From Takakia lepidozioides (Eukaryota > Plantae > Bryophyta), in contig CM060733.1 in the NCBI GenBank assembly GCA_030704615.1, positions 17,980,001 through 18,044,000 of the forward strand: 64,000 nt of DNA, read 5' to 3'. Positions 50,367 through 62,445 of this stretch are shown piece after piece; within the stretch, counting starts at the first letter, position 1, and each line of letters starts with the position of its first letter. The position numbers were made by a program, and so were the translations under genes. The notes under the pieces were generated by a model. It saw nothing but the letters and a program-made list of their open reading frames with translations. It was not told where the DNA came from and did no database searches.

Positions 50367-50700
50367 CAGTGCAGCTGGAACCTTAGGCCGACGTTCCATG
50401 TGACCCATTTTTCAATTTTGCTGATGGCAGTCGCCGGAAAAAATTTCTATCTGTGACCATTCCATGTGAACCCAGTGTTGACCCATTGTCGTGAGACGTG
50501 TCGGGCGTTTGCATTCCATTTTAAACTAGGCGACCTGCAATACTTGCCATAATTTAGCTGACTTGCTGACTTGCTGACTCCGTTCTCCAAGATAGTTAGT
50601 GCACTTTCTGTTCTGGGATGGGTTCCTCTAATTTGTCGGCCTCCATCGATTGCTTGGGAGGTTTTGCACTGGATGGACTTGAAGAGATTGGGTTTACATA

Positions 50701-51606
50701 CAGTCTGCCCTGGATAAATGTTAACAGTCGGGAAAAATAACATTTAGACAAGGTTAACATATTAACAGTTTATGAAGGGGTTAGTTTAGCACATTTACAT
50801 TGACAGAATGTAACTTTTAACAAATATAAAAAATAAGAATTAACACATATGAAATAAAGTGTTATATATATATATGAACAGGGCTGGATTAACTTTAAAG
50901 GGAGAAACAATCAAACCCTTGAAGGCCGTTGGGGCCCAAACGCATGGTGAACCGTGACGGATATCCTGAAGAAGTATAACCATTAGTATATTCTATTCTC
51001 TCTTTGTTTGTGAGTTGTCTTTCATCTTCATTAATCACCTAATATCTAACTTATTAGTACAACACATATATCTAAAATCATATGTGGGTGGGCCTAACTA
51101 TCAACAACCAAAAATCGGAAAACTACATAGGTATTTCAAGAATAATTTAACTACACTCACTAGAAGACCAATCGATACCATCTACTTATAAAAGAGCTAA
51201 GGCATATGTGATCTCCTCTCTCTCGGGAAACATCCTGCATGTCAAGTCTCAAAATGCTGAACATACATTCGTTATATCTCCGAAATAACCTCCATATTAA
51301 GTCTTCAAATGTTGTACATACACTTGCTTCATCTATTCACTTTACCCACTTACTTTCTGGTCTTCTGATTGGTTATGTTTTAAGATGGAAGCTTGTCATA
51401 ATCTAATTGGAACTTATACTACTTATGGAGCATATCTCCTCTTAGGTGAAGTTAACATTTATAGAGGGCAAATTAACAAAGAGGGGAACAATTGTTGACA
51501 AGCAACACAACACATTTGCTAGTGTGCACAAGTAGGGGAGTCAATTTTTCTTAACATTTATGGTAGTTTAACATTTATAGATGTAACATTTATCCAGGGC
51601 AGACTG
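50701..51606. mobile_element. Tc1/mariner (pogo-like) MITE
   Basis: Perfect 23-bp TIR CAGTCTGCCCTGGATAAATGTTA, TA dinucleotide on both sides, AT-rich interior with TTAACATTTA subrepeats. Confidence 0.92.
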
Positions 51607-51956
51607 TATAGAGATCCACAAATGGTTTCCAAAGCCCAATCTTTTTTGTGAAGTCAAACCCATTTTGGGATGGGGTCATAGGATGGGATAGGGTTGAAGA
51701 AAAGGAGGACTCTTGCCGAAGGTAACGTGTCCCTGCTATTCCGACGATACTGCTTTCTATTGGGAAGCTTCTATGCGGAAGATGGACAAGAGATTGGGTA
51801 GGATGTGCGTAGGCTGATGCCGCTGTGAGCGTGCTTGTGTTAAGCCGACGGACTAAAACATGAGCTTCACGTATTTAGAGAAACTGCCAAGTCCAAGAGG
51901 CAGCAAAGGCCTCAACCCCCACTATGACAGATTGCCTATGAACGAAAATGGTTCAC

Positions 51957-52926
51957 GGACATATGAAGACGCGAACAAAGTGGCCGATGGTGGGTACTGT
52001 GATGAGTGAGTTTCGTGACTTGGATGCATCCATAAGCAGAGACGAACAACAACCGGAACTAAAAGCCTAAAAATGCTGTGAGCATCATATTGAAGGGTGT
52101 TGTATGTTAGAATGATGGTACTTAAGGAGCAGAGTAGACGTTTTGCAGTAGGTTGTTTACCTGCGCACACGATTCACGTGCTTTCTTGTTCTTGTTGTTA
52201 TCAGGAATGTTGCTGGTCCCACAAAGTTGCCCATTTCCGTCATTTCGACCAGCATACCACCAAGTTCTTAGTACAGAGGTGGTCACGCAAGATGACAGAC
52301 TCTCAAAGAAATGAACAGAAGCTTTGTATGTGTGGAATTAAGATGGCATATGTTCAACTTTCTTCTTGCACAATCAAGAAAGTGGAAGATCCTTTGCAAT
52401 CAAATTACCATCAAGTTTCAGTTCTTTTTATATTTCCTACTTCTGTCTTGATGAAAGCAGATTAGATCTTAGACCTTATAATTTGTGAGTATCTCCTCTC
52501 TTTTCACCTGCTGGATTCTCAGAAGATGTGAATAAAGTTGACAGGGGGGCCATATTTCACACCACAGCAACCCTTTGGCACCCTTGCAGAAACAAATGTA
52601 CATCACTAGTCTCTCAGTCTCCCGGATTCTTGACTCCCTTTCCAAAATAAGACCAACATTAGGTGTCTCGCAGGCCTTGCAGAGAGTATGTTGACCATTT
52701 GGACTTTCATTCATGGGAAATCGCACAAGTCACACTATAAGTCAATAAATAAGAATGAATGATTCTTTGCGATCTGTGGGGATGACTCCTACCAATCACT
52801 GGTCCAGTTCTAAGTTTCCAGATGAGACATATCAGTGTTCATATTTTCATCTTTTACGACAAGCTACAAGTCGCACTCCACCGTGGAACAAGAAAACTAG
52901 CTGCCTATCTTTGCCATATAGTGTTA
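51957..52926 (+). repeat. Second copy of the ~1 kb duplication (see 338-1327)
   Basis: Colinear similarity to 338-1327. Confidence 0.9.
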
Positions 52927-53250
52927 CTAAGCCAGTTGAGTAGGTGAATGACTACCTGCCCCAGCAGTCAGATTCCTAACTCTTACCAATTGATGTAGGG
53001 TTGTAAGGGACCAACTGTGGCTAGAAAATAGTGTTCGGGTCTGAAGGATAAAATATCCAGTGAAGTGTTTTGAACCGCTTGTCTTCAGAGTTTCGAAAAT
53101 GCTGTCCTGAGGAAGGCACGAAGTTGTCGGTTTTAGAAAGTGAAATGCACTGCTAATTGAACAAAAATGCTGGACCTGCTTTGGGAGGCAAGCTCACAAT
53201 ACACCCTTGCAAGGATGTGATCAACACTCTGCCGCAAGAGTGAACATTAC

Positions 53251-56200
53251 TCAGTACATAGCCTTGATGATGACCTCCCGCATCAGCTCTTTTGGAGCTG
53301 CAATGACACGAGTGTTTAGTGAATTGAGAAGGGATCTTATCCACACCACCATTTGCACTCCATTCTCTTGTGTTAAGCAAGTACCCAGAAGCATCCCACA
53401 TTTACCCTCTTGACAAACTGTTAGGTCACTTGAGGAGATCATTGAACTGGCTAATAAGGCTCAAGAAACGATGGAAAGGACAGAGATTACCTGGACGGCC
53501 TGTGAAAAGCTCGAACTGGCCAATAGCCTGCCTTATGAACATCTCCAGCCCACTCACAACTGCAGCACCTACATCTGATGCCTCCCGCAAAAGGGTTGTG
53601 ACTTTTGGTGTGTACACCGCATCAAACACGAGGCTGTATGAAGTCAATGCCTCCTGCTCAACAACAAAACAAACCTATTTTCTGTCACCAATTGCGTTCC
53701 TTCATGAGGTACCCCTAAGCAGAGCAATCTAACCAAAACATCTCACATGTCATCAAGGCAAGGAGAGAGAGCAAGATCATTATGACAATGGGAGGCCCAA
53801 AGGTACCCAACCAGAGGAAGGGAAAAGGAAAGGAAAGGACAAAGAGATGAAAACAGTCTGGGAGCACGGGGTGCTGATTTAAGGGCAGCTATTATGTAGC
53901 CTGGACCACACATGGCCGTGATTGTACTGATGTCACTCCACTACAGAAGGACCTCTTTTATTAACTCTTTTGGTTTGGCTTGTTGCAGTCTTCTGGCCAT
54001 CCACCCACACCCATATCTGTTAGAGAGTGGAAGACTCTTGCCGAAGCAGGCGTAACTTATAGTGTCACCTCACCCCGCTACTGCCTTCTGTTTGGAAGGT
54101 GACCACTTTCTAACAGCCATGGCAACACGGTTGCCCAAACCTCCCATAAGGACTCGAAAGTCCCTAGGTACCCACACATTAAGTAACCGGTTGACCCGGG
54201 ACCCCCCTTTTAAAGCTGGATTGGCTGTAATGAGTGACATAAAACATAACCCACGCAGCTTTTGAACCCACAACCACTTGTAAGGCAGCATTGTGCCCTA
54301 ACCACTCGGCCATCTGTTGGATGCTCACATCTGTTAAAAAAAGAGAGAGAGATAGGGATCAAAGCATTGTTAAAGTGAGGGAAGACGGGGGAGAAAGACC
54401 CCCTATGTAGTAACACATTGACACTAAAGCTGGATTGAGGGGTTGGTTCTACTGCTAGTCCAAGCAGGTGACACAAACCTTGGGAATAGGACATTCATGC
54501 ACATTGGGCTGCATTCCAATGGATGTCGAATTTGCCAGGACCATGCCACTTTCAGGTCGAAATGACCCCAATTTTTCTAGTTCAATTGCTTCCCCTCCCA
54601 CTGCTTCTGCCAATGCCTGCGCCCTTCCTTCAATCCCCAAAACCAGCAAAGAGCAACATCTGAAAAACTTATTTCATCATTAAAAATCATTAACTTGTAC
54701 ATAGCTGCTACCTCATAAATAGTACTACTGCCACTGAAACAGGACAAAACAGTCCAACCTGTGGTAAAAACCTGACTGGATGTCAAGGATCCCAGAACAT
54801 TACGAAGGGAACTTCTGAAATTTACCGAAATTCCTGTTGGCAATCACAACACGAGCACCCCTATGTTTGGCTCCAAATGCAAGAGCCTTGCCTGCCCCGC
54901 CAGCTCCAATGACTACAAACAACTTGCCTTCCAATGGTGACTCTGCATTTTGACTGCCAATGCCTGTAACAACAGAATTGGAAAAACACTTCCGCCATTC
55001 AGAAGACCAAAATTTGCAAGCTTGAAGGAACTGTAAATAGTAAAAGAAGTTAACTGGTGGTGTCTACATAAGAAGTAACAATCCAATCCCACAAGCAAAT
55101 CCACCTTACTACTGGTGATCTGTTGCAAGAGGAAAACAGAAAAGAAAATTTACAGACACTTGAAGATGTCATCCTTCTGTCCACATTTCAGGACAAGTTT
55201 TTCTATCTGCCCAATGCCAAACATCCTGTCACATGTTCAAGTCTCTGTTAATCACTAGTTGTGAACACCTCACACCTCACTCCTCTCGTCAATCCCACAC
55301 CAGAAACCATTCATATCCAAATCCCTCTTATTCAAAACACCACAAAGCACTGAGGCAGTTTCATGCTCTCTCCATCTTCTCAGCACCTTTTTCCCGTAGG
55401 CCATCCTCTATGGCAGTGATGGCACCCTCACAATCAGTGTTGTAGCCCACCAACTTCCCATCACTTCTCCGTACAATGGTGTTGACTGCACCAATTGCCT
55501 GCCTTATCCATAACCAACCCAGTGGACGTTGTCATGAATCATGCATCTACTTGATAGCTTGCAGTCCCAATCTTAAGTACATAATTTCTTTGACAAACCA
55601 TGACGGGAGATACATTTGTGTTTGATTGTGACCTGGTTTTATTTTACCTAATTCTGTCCTTAATGAAGTTCTATCCCTCCTTTTCAAAAGATTGAGTCAG
55701 GTGGTATGTGGAGGGTGGCATCTGATATCTTGCCCTAAGACCATGGAAGATACTCGGCATAAGAGAGAACTGCTTGCAAAACTATAAAATGCATTGCATA
55801 TGTAGTAATAGAAACACAGACATGGTGCACATGTTGTGAGTGTTTGAAATTGTAATGACAGACCTTAGCCATGGGATCGATTTCATCACAGCACTTCAAT
55901 GCCGCCTCCTTGTGTGGGATGGTGACACTGCCGCAGGGTGAGCCATACACATGATATGAGTACCTTTATGTCAAAAGCACCGAGTTTGAAATATTTGAGG
56001 GTATAATTTAAAACGAGAAACTAATCAGCCTTGTCCACTAATTTGTGCTCTAGAGACAATGCAATATGCCAATTAAATATGCCGATAGCTTCTGAGTCTA
56101 CTAAAGCTAGAGAGAAAAACCACTATGGACAGGAACATAAATGGTCAGACGCTAGACATTGAAACCCAAAAATGTGCCAAAGACCCCACACCTGCTTAAA

Positions 56201-58631
56201 ACAGACAAAAGGTGGAGAAAAAGGGAAGGGTACAGGCAGATTAAAAGATAGTGCCTACTACAATTGCACTCAATTAGAAATGAAATGAAAATGGTAATTC
56301 ATAACGTCCGCGGAAAGCTCCAAGGGAGAGGAAAATGTACTCATAAGACTTTGTTTGCCGTAGCCTTCTGGCCATAGACCCCACGCCTAGTTTGGACGGC
56401 AACAGAGGGGAAGACACTACCCCTTGATATAAACAATTGGTTCATGCTTTCCTCTAGAAAGCACTTCACACAAGCATCAATCTGCTATGTATTGAGCAGC
56501 CCAAAGAGAGAGAGAGAGAGAGAGGTTACCTGAAGCCTGCAAAGTCAGAGTTAGAGTAGACACTCAAAAACTCGGCCAAATCTTCAACAAGATAAGGCAC
56601 GTACACGGCATCAACCCCACTTTCCACAAAAGCTTTGTTGTGTAGCATGGGACCCTTACTGTGATATACCGGATTGCCTACAATGCCAAAGACTTTTGTA
56701 TCTCTTCCTACCCGCCCGAGCTGGTACACTTGGGATAGTTCCACCAAAGTGGGCTGTCCAGGAGCCGACTCCTGCGCTTTACTTAGTGATCCGAATGTCA
56801 AATAGCCCCCAAACTTTGGGCATAGAAGGCGGCTTATCATACCTTTTGGTCCCATCGCCAATGCTATTGTTGGCACCTGCAGCACATAGGCGTATTCAGT
56901 TGGATTGGTCTTCTGGCTCAAATTCGAGCAATGGACTTCAGAGTGAGAATGGAACTTCAGAAAAGCTTACTTGGGAATTAGCAAGCAACTGAAACACGCG
57001 AGCCACATCTGTGATATTTTCAGCTGTCGTGGCAAATTTGACAATATCAGCACCCGTTGACTGTATTTTAGCCACCAGTTCCCCTATCTCCTCTAGTGAT
57101 GGCGTAGTGTTCCAATTATGATTAGACACAATGATCTTCGTAGGTGATGCACAATTATTGTCTTTCACTTTCGCAATGAACTCCGCAGCCACCTACACAA
57201 GCCTGCCGCCACTTCAGCCCCTCACTTCAACACTCTTCATCACCACCTTAGATAGCTCTCACCCTGCCACCTGACCGCCAAAGTTAGATTTATCCTCCCT
57301 CTGTGCTTCCGCACAACTGGTCCACCATTGGTGGTCCCAAGTTGTATTCAATGGGCAGTCCAATCAGTCACATGTGCCACAGCTGTGGAAAGTACAGACT
57401 ATTAGTGACAGAGCTGCCAGATGCCACCCATCAATCAATAAGAATACGCTGTAAGCAGATTATCATGCACTCTGCACAATGCCTGGTAATTGTGTGCTTC
57501 AATTCCATACCCTGGTGGATAGAAACCCCACCGGAGGCTCCAAGAAGGTTGACATCCTGGGCCCTCAACGGTACATGATAGCCAACGTTCACAGGGACAG
57601 TCAATGGGTAGATTTACTCTGCCCTTTGCTGACTACAATGCAACTAACACTGCAACTATGCCACATGTCTTCCCCGGTGTACAACAGGGGCCTAAGTCCG
57701 GAAGGGATGCCCCACTGAGGATATGTAATTTTGACAGGAAGCTGTTAAGCGCAAATATCTCCAACTCGGAAGGGAAGCCTAAGTTTACAACAGGGGACGC
57801 GTTCAATATCCCAGCTCCTGGTCAAAGTGAGGATCCATCTTTATGCAGTTTTACATGCAGTAGAACTCTATTCCCTCTTTTAAGAAAGAGGGTAAATCAA
57901 AGGGAACACTGAAAAAATCAGACCTGCAGCTCCACATCAATGAATTCAGCACCAAGGTCAAGGGCTAATCGCAGTGCATCCTGCCGGGTGGTTTCGTCTC
58001 CTTCGTACTCCCCTCCTTCCCATTTTGCCCTGAGCAAACAGCACACAAATTTCTCAGAATTTCTCAGAATTTGAAATCATTTTGCAACTGTAGCTATTGG
58101 AACGTTTTCCCCCACATTGCTTCTCACTTCTCATTAGTGACATGTCTCCAACATACAGTCTTACTGAGCACTTTAGGATTATATCTTAGAATATACAGCA
58201 GAAGCTCTGAAGGCAAAGCAAATTTGCCAGCTGAATCAAACACTCATCCCACATACATCCTCTGTCTCCACGTGGAAGCAAACTAAACTCCAATTCGAAC
58301 AGCCAAAGCACCTCACTCATTGTATCAAGCCTTGAAGCTGTGCTCAGAAAGACTTACGCAGAAAAGGAAAGTACCTGTTTGTAACAATAACTGGAAGTGT
58401 GCGTGCGTTCAACAGGACAGGCAGATCAGCTGCGGCATTGAACCCTGTGATGTGATCTATCCGCAGTTCAACCACATCTGCCCCATTGGCTTTCGCCACG
58501 CCAATCTGCCCTACCATCTCAGGGACGGATTTCGCCACGAGTGGGGCACATATGAGACAACCCTGCGGAGTCATGACGCCCTTCTGCTGCTTCTCCAACG
58601 CCAACCCCTGAGTCCCAGCCACCTCGAACAT
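53251..58631 (-). CDS. DHQ-SDH: Bifunctional 3-dehydroquinate dehydratase / shikimate (possibly quinate) dehydrogenase, 534 aa predicted
   Basis: Ten GT-AG exons: 58631-58375, 58029-57924, 57192-56971, 56876-56530, 55927-55864, 55498-55387, 54963-54826, 54627-54479, 53653-53491, 53297-53251, totalling 1605 nt in an open frame. Motifs SNHN, DIVKFAT, SAPGQP, VTIPHK, GAVNT, NTD, GAGGAG and DAVYTP. Confidence 0.95.
54021..54330 (-). mobile_element. Short element sharing the Dualen-like 3' terminus, in DQD/SDH intron 8
   Basis: GAAGACTC..GCCGAAGCAGGCGTAACT..CAC.TC.CC..GCTACTGC aligns with 41988-42043. The far boundary is approximate. Confidence 0.55.
56277..56505 (-). mobile_element. 5'-truncated copy of the 11707-16424 LINE family, in DQD/SDH intron 4
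   Basis: The reverse complement matches 16227-16423 (CAGATTGATGCTTGTGTGAAG..AAGGCTACGGCAAACAA.GTCTTATGAGTACA), then continues to a (TTTCA)n tail. Confidence 0.85.
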
Positions 58632-60522
58632 TCAGAACAATTTTGAGCGTCTCACGATCCAACCTCCTGACCGTGTGTAACCGAGAACACGGTAGACTGA
58701 AACTTTATAACGTCTCCGGAGGGACAGACACAGACATGAAGAGAGATTAGGTCAGTCGATTCCCCAGCTATTATCACACATAGTCGATGGAATCTCAGAG
58801 TCCCATTGACACTATGATGCAAACAACTCACAGTTTTGTTGTGCAGATGACTTATCTGTACTTCAGCGGTCAGAGAGATGAAAGGAGAGCAAGACACAAG
58901 TTCGGACGAGTCAAAACCGGGAGAAAGTGAGAAAGTGCGTTGCAATCTAATGATGCACGTGTGTTTGATACCTCAGATCAGCATTGTTGTGTGCGGCCAA
59001 ATATTGACCCTTGTGATCACCATTGCGGGTCAAAGGATGCTCCAACTGTTGACCAATTCTAAGCTGATGTAGATATCCCTTACGTAATATTCTTCATCAC
59101 GTGGAGGAAAGAAAGAGCTCTAGCCCTTATGGGCACAAAAGTATGCACTAGAGTGAATCTATGAGTGAGAAATGTTCCCTAGCACACGGATGGATGCAAA
59201 TTTCAATGCAACGGGAAGGGGAGGTTTCCTGATTTGCTTCTGCGCAAACAGTGAAAACGAAACAAGCATTTCGTAAACGTTTGGACTGCGTGTCCAGAGT
59301 TGGAAAATGTACAATCCTCCGAAACGGAACTAATGTTCGGCTCTTGCATTTGAGCATGCCACGAATCTATTCCGTGGTCAAAATTTCCACAAAAATTCTT
59401 CGCATGGAGTTTTCCCCATACGCCCAACTCTACCTTTCCCTCCATGTTGAGTAAGATCACGGACAAATGCACAGATAGAGTGGAGATTTGATATGTTGGT
59501 CCCAAGTCAGATGGGGGCCTATACAACTACCAAAACACAGAATCACTGATCAACCTTGTTGCAGAATAAGACTAAGTGAGCAGATGAGAATTGTTAAACC
59601 AGTGTGTTTGTGATATTTGCTTGCGAAGCAGAACAAAAACTCGTTGGGCTTTTATTGATGAAGATCAACTAGCTTCAAAAAGCTGGGAGAAACTGTCACT
59701 ACTTTATCAGGGTTTGGTCGAGAACATAGGGAAGATGATTCTACTCTGGACTTCTGATGCGGTTGACGATCACCTGGGAAATTCTGGAGCTGTGTCTAAC
59801 CTCTTCCTTCTACCTGGGATGTGGGACAACATTCTCCTAGAGCTCACCTTCCTCGCTGATCGCCTGGATATCACAGCTTTACGGCGATCAGGCTGTAGAC
59901 CGTAACTTTTACTCATGATGGCCACATCTACAGTGTTGCAGTATTCCTTACTCTTACCGTTCAATCCTCCATCATCTGTCGAGCTTGACTGTAACCCCAA
60001 TTGCTGATCTGGTAACGAGACTTGCAGCGATTTCTGGGCTGCCACTAAAAGTCTTCTGGTGACGGATAGAGTAAAGCCTTTTAAGTTTGCACCCAAGTAC
60101 CCACACAACTTCTCGTACAGGTGGGTGGGCATGTAAACTTAAGGAGTGATTGCAACAACATATCGCTCATATACAAAACAAACACAGGCCCAAGTTGAGA
60201 TGGCAAGTTTTCCAATAGACACATCTCATTACCCGACCTCCCTAACTTCAAATATGACCTAATCAAGCTGCCAAAGTTGACAGATGGAGAGCCACTTACA
60301 CCAAAAGCTCCGCTCTGTCACTGTACTCTGGATCAGAAATGTCTTCACCTAGGTAATGTCCCCTCACCTACTACGGAATGCAGTGAACGGCTGCTAACTA
60401 GCTTAGCAGGCAGGTGGGGCCAGGTGGGGCTGGTGCCTAAGACTTATAAACTTAGTATGTTGCAAACTACACGTCCTCAAATTGGATGCTGTCTCCGCTC
60501 TTTGAGGCAAGTCTGTAACATT

Positions 60523-62445
60523 CTAGAAGCTAAAACAAGCAAAGCAAAGACTTTTCTTCCACGTCCCTGACTTGAATTCTGTGTGCGATAGTTGCTCTTG
60601 ACGACATCCTGAGAGGAAGTGGACTGGTTCGACAGGGCTATCGGAGTGTACATATATCTCCAATGTCTGTAGAGTAGGAAGGGCGGAAGTGAGGAGGCGC
60701 AAAACAGAAAGACAAGTCTCAAGCCTTTGCACTATCATATGTACAATCAACCTCTTCAGTTCTGGCCACTTCTGAACCATAGATAGTTCGTGGTCGCTTT
60801 CGAAATCGGACTCCATAGCATGCCACAGACCAGGGCCGACACTCAAGGTGTGCAGGCCCGGGCATGACAGCTCCAGGGCCTTCACGTCGGGAAGAGACAG
60901 AGGAACCTGCCGCATAACTCCCTCCCACTTGCCGTCATCTCCTAACGCCATGCACGGAACGTCGAGAAACACTTTCTCAAGATATGGGTTCCCCTTAATG
61001 AGCTTGGAGAGAGTCGAGAAATGAGATGCCCCGAACAACAGCTCTTTCAAATTGGTCACCTGCTCGAATTCCACTTTTGCACCTTCTCTCTTCTCCATAC
61101 ACACCGCGATGTATGCAAGATTCGGAGCGCACACTTTGAGGGAGTCAGGGCAGGCCATCTTTAGCTGCAATTTCACCACATTTGGCAAATCTAGATCAAC
61201 AGTTTTGGCCTTTGTGGATAGTCCCAAACACAGGACCTTCAGATGCTGCGAAGTCAGGCGAGCTTCCTGCACTCCAAATACGCTGACCAGAGCCAGGGTC
61301 TCGAGGGCTGGCATGCACTCGTTGATGTCCATTAGTGACTTTTCCATCATTTTGATACACCGCAGTGTCAAACTCTTGGCTTGCGGCAGCACTTGACACC
61401 CTGATGTGTCAAGGAACATATTTCTCAGCTCCAAAGTCTTCAATCCTTTACCTGTTACCACCACCCAACATGCTATTGAGTTACTCCTAGCATGCCTTCG
61501 ATCTCGCTTGCAAAACCAAAAAGTGAAGTGTAAAAATATCCAGTCTTAACACCTGCAGCTATGACAAGCACCCTCTGTGGAAGGGTTGAAAAACAGATCC
61601 TTTAGATAATGATTCAGCGAGATGACCAAGATCATGGACGAGCTTCACTAAGCTCCTTCGGTGTGGGGCCCCACAGCACCGAGCAGCAACGAAAAAGCTT
61701 CAAACTGCCGCTCAAAACTTGGGAATATTCTAGTATAGCCCACCAAACCTGGAGAGAAGGGGGACCGGTGATCTTTCTGAAGTGCACAAATTCCTACCGC
61801 TGTCGTACTGACTTGCAAACTCTTGAATCTCTGAAGATGCTTTCGATTCCACTAGCAATTACTTACAGTCCTACCTGCATTTTAGGCACAAAGAGACTTA
61901 CAATTCTCGGTCAAGATTCTCAGAATTGGTGTGGGCCGCATGATGGCTTGCTGTCCATAATCGACAACGCACAGATGTTGCAGCGAGTGTTTGATCGGTT
62001 GGACCCACTTTCTCACGAACGATGGCTCACTCAACCAGAAATCCCAAAGATATATTTCTTCCTTCTGAAAGGGGTTAGCTTGCATTTCTGGCTCAATCTC
62101 CATCCTCAGCTGCTCCAAATTTCTCATCCGCTGGAGCATCGTAGTCACGGCCACCTTGAAAGAGACAACGTCGTCCTCTTCGGCATCCTCACAGGATTTG
62201 CCCGACGCATCTTGCATACCACAGCAATCGTCGTCCTCGTCCTCATCATCGCCATCATCAGAGTTGATGGGGTTCAATTTCCTCACTAGATGATAATGCC
62301 GATTCAAGCAAACAAGCTGAAGTGATTGAACGTGCTGAACCGCTAGCTGCATGGATTTGCTTACCACATTACAGCGCGCAAGATCCCGCCCATCTCGCAC
62401 ACGGTTCATCACTTCCGCGAGGACACAGGCCGGAAGCACCTGCAT
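60523..62445 (-). CDS. F-box/LRR-repeat protein (At4g29420-like), 490 aa predicted
   Basis: Exons 62445-61902 and 61451-60523, GT-AG and in frame. N-terminal F-box LPACVLAEVMNRV..DLARCNVVSK, then LRR-like repeats. The start could alternatively be an acceptor (tatgcag). Confidence 0.85.

Noticed and set aside
59591-60500. Short ORFs between the F-box and DQD/SDH genes
   Set aside because: No motifs. The position fits 3' UTR or intergenic sequence.
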